This document shows, one piece after another, positions 12,686-25,100 of a stretch of 64,000 nucleotides of DNA. A model generated the notes under the pieces. It saw nothing but the letters and a program-made list of their open reading frames with translations. It had not been told where the DNA came from and did not search any database. Position numbers and translations under genes: made by a program. Source of the stretch: Octopus bimaculoides (taxonomy: Eukaryota); assembly GCF_001194135.2 (NCBI RefSeq), contig NC_068982.1:65381900-65445899 (forward strand), in the 5' to 3' direction. How positions within the stretch are numbered: position 1 is the first letter of the stretch; each line of letters opens with the position of its first letter.

Positions 12686-15185
12686 CAGGGGTTGGACAAA
12701 ATAATGGAAACACCTTAAAATTTCAAATAAATTAATTTTAATATGGGGTAGGACCTCCTTTGGCAGTAATTACAGCTTGAATTCTACGAGGTATGGACTT
12801 GTACAAAGTTTGACTTGTTTCCAAAGGAATTTTTGTCCATTCTTCAGCTAAAACAGTCTCCAGTTCTTGTAGTGATGATGGTGGAGGATATCGACTCCTT
12901 ACTTGTTTTTCTAAAATGCACCATAAATGTTCAATAATATTGAGATCTGGGGACTGTAGTGGCCAGATAAGATGTTCAACTTCACTAGAATGTTCCTCAT
13001 GCCATTCAGTAACAACTTTAGCTGTGTGAATTGGTGCATTATCATCCAGAAAGATTGAATTTCCCTCCGGAAACAGTTCCGCAACCATAAGATGAATTTG
13101 ATCAGATAAAATGCTTAAATAGTCTTGACTATTAATTCTGCCATGAACGGAAACCATTGGGCCAGCGGAATTCCAAGATACAGCCCCCACCCCACCCTCA
13201 TCATCACAGATCTTCCTCCATGTTTAACAGTTGGAAGAAGGCAGTCTGGGTCAAATGCTTCTTTTGGCTGTCTCCACTCAGCCAGTGGTCAGAAATAAGG
13301 TAAAGGATGACTCGTCTCAGAAAATAACATTCTTCCACTGCTCTAGGGACAAATCTGTAGGTTTTTACTCCACTCTAAACACTTTTCAACGTTTGTTTTT
13401 GAAAGTCGTGGTTTTCTGATTACAGCCCTCCCGTGAAATCCGGCTTCGTGCAGCTCCTGGTGAACAGTTTTTGTGGAAACTGGGTTCTCGAGGTGATCAT
13501 TCAGCTCTGCAGTAATCTTGGGAGCTGTACTTTTGTGATCCTTTCTAACAATTCACATAAGAGTCCAACGGTCCCTGTCTGGAAGTTTTGGTTTTCTTCC
13601 TGAGTTTTGTTTCAACGAGGAGGTTTTTCCCTCTTTCTCAAAGGCTGTCATTACTTTCGAGACAGTACTTCTTGATATACCAAACATTTCGGCTGTTTTC
13701 GTTACGCTAGCGCCTGCCATACAAGCACCAACAATTTGTCCTCTTTGAAAGTCTGATAGATCTGTCATTTTAATGAATTTTAATTACCTTTTTCTGATGA
13801 TATCCGAAAAGAAACAGGAATTTTAGCAAAACATATTAAGCAACACTAATAATAAATCAAAAATTTGATCCATTAAATTCTTCAAGGTAGTGCCCCAGTC
13901 CAATGACCAAAAGAAGTAAAGGAGAGGTGAAATATGCTTAACAGTGATACTTGAATTATCTCGGGAAGTATGGGAGACAACTCCACCTATCAGATCACAC
14001 TAAAGCAAAGACTTCACTGCAGTTGCCCATGTAGAGGTAAAGGAAACAATGAGTAAATTAGTATATTTTATGTAATTTTCACTCTCTTTTTCTTTCACTA
14101 ATCTATCTAATTTCCAGGTCAATCCTGATTGAGTAGACAGATGATCAAGTGTTCCAATTGTGACCATGCCATTTTTAGGAGTGGGAGAGGTTACTGAGCA
14201 GGTTAATTAAAATTGTTCAGTGGTCTTAATTTAAGACCGCAGGATGTGATTAGAAAGGATTTTGTTACTATTGCTAGCAGACTGAGCGACTATGTAGAAG
14301 TTCCCTCAGCTTGTCATTATGTTATAGTGTCTCTAGGGTGAATGTTACTGAACTAGTTTCCTCATCTGTTTCTGCAGATAGGAATAAAGATCCTTACAAC
14401 AGAGCAAATAGGGGCAGCCTATTTGCCTTCAGCCCTTCTCGGAAACAATAACCAGACTGAAATATTGTTATTAACTTTGATTCATCTGGAATCCATTACC
14501 ACTTTACAATAAAACTGGTTGTACCTATTTCATCTTGGGGGACAGGCTTGGCTATGTGGTTAGAAGTTAGCTTCCCAACCTCGAGATTTTTGGTCCAGTA
14601 CCACTGTATGGCATCTTGGACAAGTATCTCCTACCTTAGCTCCAGGCCAGCCAAAGCCCTGAGAATAGATTTGGTAGACGAAGACCGAAAGAAGCCAGTC
14701 ATTAGGAAGGGCATCCAGCTGTAGAAACTCTGCCAAATCAGATTGGAGCCTGGTGTAGCCATCCGGTTTCACCAGTCCTCATTCAAATCGTCCAACCCAT
14801 ACTAGCATGGAAAGCAGACGTTAAATGATGATGATGATGATGATGATATATATATATACACACACATACACACAAGTGGACAAATGAAAGAAAGGGTACT
14901 TAACACATCTGTTACTGGGAGTTACATGTATAGATCAAAACAGTTTGATCCATATACATATATATCCCCTCATCATTATCATCATTTAATGTCCATTTTC
15001 CATGCTGGCATGGGTTGGATGGTTTGACAGGAGCTAGCCAGCCAGAGAGCTGTTCAGACTCCAATTATCTCTTATGGCATGGTTTCCACAATTGGATGCC
15101 CTTCCTAACATCAACCACTTTACAGAGTGCGCTGGGTGCTTTTTACATGTCACCTGCACAAGTGCATTTGTGCAGTCCCAGCACT

Positions 15186-15222
<37 letters not shown>

Positions 15223-15457
15223 CACATGCTGTAAGGGCATCCAGCTTCAGAAAATGTGCCAAAGCTGACACTGGCTTGCCTAATCATGTCAAACTGACCA
15301 ACATGGAAAATGGATGTTAAATGATAATATAAACATACATAATCGTTTTAATATCCACTTTCCCAGGCAGAATTTGTTGAGACAGATTTTCTATAGCCAG
15401 ATGCTCTTCCTGTTGCTAAACTATCTATTTCCACATGTGCATGTGAGCATGCATAAG

Positions 15458-15497
<40 letters not shown>

Positions 15498-16065
15498 ATT
15501 GTATGAATGTTTCAAAACAGATTACTATGAGTCACCAATGTAACAAAGTACAGAAATTCAACATTTTTTTATAACATGCACTAAATGTTGTAAAATTCAG
15601 GATTGAATGTCACAGTGAAGAAAGTCAAGCCCCAAGAAAGTTCAGAAGGAATAATTCATTCTTTCAAACAAAAAAAAAAAATTATTATTTTAAAAATTTT
15701 AAAAGAATGCTGAACAAAGTGTGTACAAAGGAATATGTTGCTGTTGTGAGTCTGGTATTTATTTTATTGGTCTCTTTTGGTGAACCAAGTAACAGGGGAT
15801 GTAAACAAACCAACCAACACACACACACACACATATATACATACACACAACAGGGTTCTGTTGACCAAATCCACACACAAGGCATTGGTTGGCCTGGGAT
15901 CATAGTAGAAGTCACTTGCCCAAGGCACCACACAGCAGGACTGGACCTGAAATCATGTAGTTGCAAACCAGTGTGCAGCACCTTGGGCAAATGTCTTCTA
16001 TTATAGCCCTGGACTGACTAATGCCTTGTGAGTGAATTTGGTACATGAAAAACTGTATGGAAGTC

Positions 16066-16108
<43 letters not shown>

Positions 16109-19100
16109 ACTAGTCCCTTCCCCTAAAAACTTTCTGCAACAGATCAGTGCTTCATTTGGGGGAGACACCATGGAAACCAAGTAACCAGTAACTTTGAAAC
16201 CCAGGGCTTAAGAAAAGAGTGAAAAAAAGTATTTGTTTATATACATACAGGTTCAATTTTGACTTGTACTTATTTCCTTTGTCTAGAAAGATGACAGGTG
16301 GAATATGAACTCAGAATGTTAAGAACTACAGCCAAGTGCACAAATCTGTCACTGCATCCCAACTCATTTACAATTATTACCAAGTCATAAAGTGTGTGTC
16401 ATCAAGAAATGAGTTTATAGGAGATTTTCCATGAAATTACTTACCCATAAACAGCACGATCTGGATCGTTTACTAACATATTGTAAAATTCATCCAATGC
16501 TTTCACCTCTCCAAGAGCTTTGGTATCTGCCAACCGGTTTGCCATGGAAGGATCTTGCAGTACTTCTGTTACAAAAAATAAAATCCATTTACCCTGCTTT
16601 CATAGTACTTGCTCCAATTGACCATTTAGTCACTATGTGTAAAGAGGGCAATTCCCCACTTATTATTCTACCATCAATAGTTATGTCCCTAGGCTAAGCA
16701 ACAAATCTCACAACCACATAGTTTCACGTACAGTCCTAGGTTGAACAATGCCTTTCCAGTGAATTTGGTGGCAGAAACTCTCTCTCTCTCACTCTCCGTG
16801 CATGCGCACACACTTGCATGAGTGTTGACATTTCATATTTATTTATTATAGTTTTACCAAACCATAACATAATAGTTAAAGACTGGCTGTGTGTGGAAAC
16901 TTCTATATGCCAGATATGCCAGTGAATTGAGACCTTATAGCATACCCATACCAGTATGTAAGTCATCATCATCACCATTTAACATCCATTTTCCTTGCTG
17001 GCATGGGTTGGATGGTTTGACAGGAGCTTACAAACCAGAAGACTGACATAGAGTGATGGATAATGAACTATCTAGTCTTACATCATCTCCCAATTTTACT
17101 ATTTTAACTGATATATGTAGGAGGAGAAAACTTGGAAGAAAAAAAAGAAAAAGAGATACCTTTGAGAGAATGTTTAAAACCAGACGAAGAATGTGCCAAA
17201 ACACATCGTGACTTATTCTCCAGAATATCCTTCCAGTCATTTTTCACAGCCTGATCCAACATGTAGGAGAAAAATTGATCCTACAATAACAAAAGTAACA
17301 AAATTTATTTAATCTTTTGTAATGCCTGTGCCTCTCTGTGGAGCGTGTGTGTAAAGGTGCATGGCTTAGTGGTTACGGCATTCAGCTCATGATGATAAGG
17401 TCATGCATTTGGTTACCAGCAGTGTATTGAGTCCTTGAGCAAGACACTTTATTTCATCTTGCTCCAGTCCACTCAGCTGGCAAAATTGAGTTGTACATGT
17501 AATTCAAAGGGCCAGCATTGTAACACTGTCATGCTGAATCTCCCTGAGAACTACATTAAGGGTACGCGTGTCTATAGAGTGCTTAGCCGCTTGTATATTA
17601 ATTTCACAAGCAGGAAGTTCTGTTGATTGGATCAACTAGAACCCTCATCATCATAACCGACAGAGTGCTAGTGTGTATGTGTATTATCTTTTACTTGCTT
17701 CAAGAGTACAGCCTTGAAAGGTTTAGCTAAATAAATTCACCCCAATACTTCTATCAAGCACTTGTACCAAACCACTAAGTTACAGGGATGTAAACAAACA
17801 ACACCAGGTGTCAAGCAGGAAGTGAGGGGGGGGCAACACAAACACACATCTTAATCATTTAATGTCCAGTTTTCATGTTAGCACAGGCTTCTACACAATC
17901 CCTGTCTAACAATTTCACTCACAAGGCCCAGGACAATGGTAGCAGACACTTACTTAAAGGGCCACACAATGAGACTGAACCCAAACCATACAAAGCCCAT
18001 CAAATGTGTGTGTGTGTCCATATGTTTACATTCTGCGATTGCATGAGCTATGGTCAGTGTCCTACACTGGCATTTCCTCATCAACAAATGGTCCAGTAGC
18101 TCTATGCTTTCAAAGACTCGCAGAATGAAAAACTAGTAAAAGTTAGCAGCAGAAAGGGCATCTGGTCATAAAACAAAGCTTCGATAATATGCATTTGTTT
18201 AACCCAGGCAAGCATGTAAAAGCAAATAAGCAATCATCATCATCGTTTAACATGCACCTTCCATACTGGCCAGGCAAGAAGTGCACCAGACTTCTGTGTC
18301 TGTTTTGGCACAGTTTTTACAGTTGGATGCCCTTCCTAACACCAATCACCCAACAGAGTGGACAATATCAAATATTTAACTTTGTCTGTATAAAATTGGC
18401 TTGAAAGTGCTGTGGTTACTTTATTTTGAAATAATTTGTTAATTGGAATAGTAAAGAAAGGAACTGAGTGAGCCCTTACCTTCACAAAGCCAGGGCTTGC
18501 AATTAGCAAACACTTCACAACTGAGGGATAAAGTGAAAAGAGAGAGAAAGTTATTGAACATTTATTGATTGCTATTAAAGTCATATACCACATCACAAAA
18601 ATTATTAAATAATTAACTATAATATACTTAATTAAAATACAGATTTTCCGCAACTATTAACCTAGTCGATCTCAATGGCATATGAACTTAGCAAAACTGG
18701 AAAGAACACTACTAAGCATTTTGCCTGGCATGGTAACAATTCTGCCAGCTCACCGCTAATAATAATAATAACGGTCTCTAATTTAGGCACAAGGCCTGGA
18801 ATTTGGGGACGGGTCTTACTTCATGCTACTGACCCCAGTACTTGACAGGTTCTTTATTTCATTGACTTCAAAAGGATGAAAGGCAAAGTTAACCTCAGCA
18901 ACGTATGAAGTCTGGATGTAAAAAAAATGGAACAATTACCACAAAGCATTTTTCTGATGCTGTAATGATTCTACCAACAGACTACCTAATTAAGTAAAGT
19001 AATAAATTTGAAAACTATTATCATCATCAGCAGTAGCATTTAACATCCTTTTTGCATGTCAGCACGAGTTGGATGGTTTGACAGGATCTGGTGAGTAGCA

Positions 19101-22100
19101 ATGATCTCTAGCTTTGGCCTGGTTCCTACAGCTAGATGCCCTTACTAATGCTAATCATTTTATAGTTTGTACTAGATGCTTTTTCCATGCCATTGGCATT
19201 AGTGAGCTCACCAAGTACCTCACAAAACAGAACTATCAGATTATAATGAAAAACTAGCTAAAAACTTACTCTTGGTAATTACAGCATTTTCAGCATGTGT
19301 CCTTAAACATACAAGCAAGAAAATCTGTCTTGTTTTGTAGTTTTAGACCATTTTTCAATCATTCATATGTATCAGCTCAAACTTTTGCAACCCTCAACTA
19401 GCATCACTCATTCTACTAACTTTAGTTATAAAACCAGACAATGAGGGATAATTCAAAGGTTTTTGATAGAGAATAACATCAACAAAGAGATCATCATCAA
19501 CATTTAATGTCTGTTTTCCATGTTGACATGAGTTGGATGGCTTGACAGGAACTGGCAAGGCCAGGTGCTGCGCCAGGTTCCATTGTTTGTTTTGGCTTGG
19601 TTTCTCTGGCCAGATGCCCTTAACACCAACCACCTTACAGATTGTACTGGGTCCTTTTTACATAGCACCAGCACCCACATCAATTTTTTGACATGGTACC
19701 TTGGTTTTAGGATCTCACTTTTGTTGTGGTGGGCAGGTCTTCTCTAGCACAGCACTCAACAATTGGATTCATTCACTAGCTAATGAAACCTGCCATACCA
19801 GCTATCCTGTTACTGCTGTGCACTCACAAGCATACTTCACTTATAATTCAAACATTCTTACAAGCATAATGTCAAACATGATGATGATGCTCATATATTC
19901 TGAAGCAGTCTTTACCAAAAGACATTTAATTCTTTCTCTCTCTGGAAAGTAGAGGTTTGGAAAATATATTTTGTAGCATTTGAAAATAACTAAATATCTT
20001 TATTTAACAGAAGAATCAACTCTGCATTGAGAGGTCACAATTCCAGCAATACAGACATGCGATTCGCATGTTGCAGGAAAGGATTAGAAGATGGAGTCTT
20101 CGAGCTAAGCCAACCAGCAGGAGACTAGGATTAGATGAAGAAGATGGATGGATAATATACATAGTCTCAGCTGGTCAGACTTGAGAATCTAGCAAGAGCA
20201 TGTAATGACAGTTGCTCGAGTCTACTTTCCACAGCACTCCCAGGAATAGTGGGCATAGAAAATGGATGGAAGGATATACTTCACTTCTATCAATCTCTTC
20301 ACAACAATCAACAACTAGTTTCCTCTGCCAAAAGACTAGGAAACCTTTCTTCTTATGGAAACAAGTCTACAACCTAAACATTATGAGACAAATAAGAAAA
20401 ATATACAAATTAAAATTAATACATCACAATAGTCATAAGCTCAGGTCTTAGAACAGAAATGGGATCTATTTTAAAACGGGGGCGCCAGTTTTCATTTATG
20501 TTTTATGTAGTGTTTTTGGTACGGAAAGACTTTCAAACTTCATATACTTATCTATTTTGTGTTATAGAACAGAAAAATATTTTTGTATTCGAATTTATTT
20601 CATGTAAAAAATTGTCTTATTTCGATAATTTCTACTAATCACTGACGTCTATTCAGTTGAAAACAGTTAGCGCTGTAACAGTGTATATCGTATTAATCCC
20701 CTAACCCTAACTAGACTGTTAACCGTAACTGTAACCCTAACCCTAACCCTAACTCTAGAATCCGAACTCTAAAATTGTTACACACATAGATACGCACAGC
20801 GTAATTTATTATATAAACAATATATGTGTATAAATTACGATTAAACCGGATGAAATATGTCACAGGGAATAACATTTTTATGACCGCCCAGCAGTAACTC
20901 TATTGAGCTGAATAGACGTCAGTGATTGGTTGAAATTACAGAAATACGACAACTTTAACATGGAATAACTTGTGAATTCCTTTTTTTTGTTAAGAAGACT
21001 AAGAGTAAAAGATGTTTTATATGACACATTCTACCAGTGTCCCAAGTTTCAAAGTGTTTCGTTAAGAAAATACTGGCGCCCCCGTTTTAAAATAGATCCC
21101 AGAAATGTATTGCCCACCACCACTACCATCCTCAGCAAGGAACCTAAAAAATAACCAAATGATTGACGTAGATGACAACGAAACAAATTTGTCTTTATGA
21201 AACTAAAATACACAAAATACTTACTTTCAAAGTTGACATGTCTTCTAACAGCCTGGATCATTTGGTCATAAAATTTCATAAGACCCTAATGAAAACAAAA
21301 ATAACAATACAAAAGTTTTGAAACAAATTATCAGAGATCAGGAAGTCTCTCTAGGTTCAGTCGCTACTTCTTTACATTGAATGTTTACAGCTCAAGTACT
21401 ATGGGCATGTAATTAGAATGTCTCAAGAATCACAAGACGGATTCTTCAAGCCAAACCAACCAACAGGAAACCTATGGGTAGACCAAGAATGAGGTGAGAC
21501 TTTGGATAATATCCATAGTCTCAGTTGGTCATGTTTGGGAATCCAGCCAGAAATGCTAATGATGGTTTCTTCTGATAGAACCCTATGGAGGGAATGCTTC
21601 AGGACTCAACCCTACCAGAAATAGTAGGCAAAGATAAATGGATAGACAGAAAATCTTGAAATGAATTATCAAATGTTAATTATTCAAAGATGTGCCTCAT
21701 ATGATTAAAAATTAATCAGTGAAGAAGAAATGCATCCTGTACACATCGTAAAGTGATTGGTATTAGAAAGGCTAGCTAGTTATAGAAACCATGCCAAAAC
21801 TGAGACACTGCAGCAAGATGTAATCCTCCAACCAACCAGATCCTGTCAAACCATCCAATTCTTGCCAGTATGGAAAAACAGACTTAAAATGATGATGATG
21901 ATGACGAGTGGAATCTATACTATAAAAGGCATACTTGATAATGGCTTCAAGTTAATCTCAAGTATGGTTGAAACTGTGACTGAATGTTTCTAAAAATTCT
22001 AAAGCAGTTAAATTTCTCAGCATTAAACCCTTGAAAGATAGGCATGTATAAGCACAAACGTGACTGTGTGGTTAAAGAAGCCTGCTTCCTAACCACCTAG

Positions 22101-25100
22101 TCTTAGGTTTAATCCCACTGTGTGACACTTTAAGTGAGTATCTTCTACTATAACTTCAGGCTATTCAAAGCCTTGAGGATGTATTTGATAGACAGAATCT
22201 AGAAGCCTATTGTACACATATACACATACATGCACGTTTGTATCTTGTCTTGACATCATGTGGTAAACAAGCATCAGTGTCATATGAGTGATATTCATTT
22301 CTACCTTCTATGAAAAACATGTCTGGATTATGGGAAAATATTACCTTGCTAGGAAACAGGTGAGGGTGGGCAACAGGAAGAGTATCTGGTTATAGAAACT
22401 CTGGATATTAAATGATGATGACAATGATGACACAAAGCCTCAAATTTGGAGAAGAGTATAGTCCATTCAATCAAACCCACGAAGGACCATTACTAAATAC
22501 TGCATGGCATTTTGTCTTAAGCTCCAAGTAATCTGTCAATCCACTGCTCATAGCTCACTCTAATACTGAGGTAATTTCACACCAATATATTGTGTCCACA
22601 CCAATCATGAGCCAATCGAATGGCCTGTATACAATCACTCAACTTCCTAAAATAGCAGCCAAATGTCACTCAAATCATATCTAAAAGGACACATTAGATA
22701 ATATAGTCCTAGAATATATTCATCATTATTTTTTACTTGCTTTTTCATACTCTCCTGAACTGGACAATGTCCCACAACACCTTGGTCCTTTATCATTAAA
22801 CAGGATGTCATGATTTGATGCCCTTCCTATCACCAATTACTTCCCAGTGTGGAACATGCACATTTTATTGTACCACCAACACTGGAGATTATGTCTGCAG
22901 CAGGAGTAATGCATCCTTTCTATCTTGTATCAGCAATTTTATTCAGAGTTACTGTTCTCTTAGGATACCTACCATGGACTTGTGGAGGTCACATCTCTAT
23001 CTATTCCTTTCCACTTTTTCCCCAATTATATTGAATGCTAACCTTGTCATGTTGGGCACACATTCCTTTCCTCTTTCGTGGAATGTTTGTTTCGATCTTG
23101 GCCTTTACTAAAGTCATACTGGATGTTACAAGGCAGAGATGACCAAGACCTTCTTGCATCACAATGGCAGCTAAATCAGCATTTTGAGCTGGATCACAAG
23201 CTGTGTCTGTAAAATATATTAGAGAAATATATTAGAGAAATATTTAAATATGAAATCTAGTAAACATAGTTAAAAGCTTTATATTAAGTTTTTTTTTTTT
23301 ACAGGTTTCAGTCACTGGACTGCAGCCATGTTAGGACACTGTCTAGAAGGGTTCAGTGAAACAAATCAATCCAAGTACTTACAATTTTTAAAGTCTGGTA
23401 CTTATTCTATTAATCTCTTTTATGGAGGACTTACAAGAAACCAACACCAGTTGTCAAGTGGTGGTGGGGGAGAAGCAAGCACACACACACAACAGGCTTC
23501 CGTAGTTTCTGTCTATCAAATTCTGTGTGTACAGAGTGTCCAGGCTAAATTTTACAGTTGGCACAAAAAGTAACGAAAACAATATCCCATCCAAAAATAA
23601 AAGTATTTTTAAAAAATCAAAATATATCAACTAGACTAAAGCTGGGAGATAGCAGTTTACTCAAGGTAGCTGCCCTCAGCTTCCACCACAGCCTCAAGAC
23701 GGCTCCAGAACCTGGTGTATGAGTTCCTCACTGTGTCCCTATGAAGATCTTAGAACACCTCCTCAATCTTTACTTCAAGCTCAGCCTTGGTGTTGCAGGC
23801 AGAACAGTTGGTGTTTTTCATTCATGCTTAACTCATAGTAATCCATTGGATTTCAGTCGGGAGAATTAAGAGGCCAGAAATTGGAGCTGGTGAAGTTGTA
23901 GAAATTCTCCAACTACTTCCGACTCTTTCCAGATGTATGGCAAGGAGCCAAATCCTGCTGTTACATTCATGGCCTCAGCAGCTTCAAATGGTTGTGTGAA
24001 TTGGACCTAAGACCTGTAGTTGCTGAATGAACTCTGACACGTGAATGCAGTCAGAATATCTGCTGTGTCCCATCCTACTGGCTATAGTTTCAACAGATGA
24101 CATGGATAGCTCTGTTGCAGCTGTCCATGTCATGTCTTATAGCCTTTACAGTGTTCACAGCATTTGAGTAGCAGTCATGATGTCAGCATTTTGATACCTG
24201 ATGCAAATCACCATGATGCTAGTAACTCTTTTCCAATATTCAGATGGCTTCCAGCCCTCCATGCCAGCTAACTTTTTCTCAACTACAACTTGAATCTTTC
24301 TGCTCTCCAACACTGTTGATTGTCTACCAATACATCAAGCTGTTCTTGAAAACAGAGACATAAAAAAGTAGTCAAATTTAGCTTGAATATCCTGTATATA
24401 TACCACTGCATTGCCCAGTCCATCAGAAAGTTGTTATACACCAATGATCAGAAAAAACTTCCTAGCATTGTAGTAGCATTTAAATGTCATGCTGCTGACT
24501 AGGTAGCAAGCCAACATTTCCTCTAACAAAATGCTAGTCTATCACAGGGTTACCCATTTATAGCTGAGTAGACCAGAGCAGCAGAAAATGAAGTATCTTG
24601 CTCAAGAACACAACACACCACTGGTCTGGGAATCAAAACCATGATCTTGTGATCATGAGTGCAGCCCAACTACTCAGCCATATGCCTTCAGATGTATGTA
24701 TATGCAAGTGTATCCTTAAAATACAAGCAAGGCTGTTCATTTCCAGTCTTCCATGAAAAAGACATATCTAGTAATGGGAAAATATTTCATTGCTTGGAAA
24801 CAAGTGACAAGAAGGACATACAACTGTAAAAAATCTGTCCCAACAAATTCTGTCCAATCCATTACATGGAAAAGCAGATGTTAAATGATAATGATGATAT
24901 ATACGGAATTTTTGTTGAGGCAGATTTTCTACAGCTGGATACCCATCCCGTCACCAATCCTCACCCATTTCCAAATGAGGTAATTTTTCACCATACGTAG
25001 TCCCACTTTCACAGACTGTGACACTAGCTTACTACTATCATGCAATATCATGGAAAAGGGGCAGTAAAACACACACACATGATGGACCTCTTTCAGTTTC

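Noticed and set aside
20699-20752. Telomere or telomere-fusion scar
   Set aside because: Only a few CCCTAA units, enclosed within a TIR-bounded MITE.
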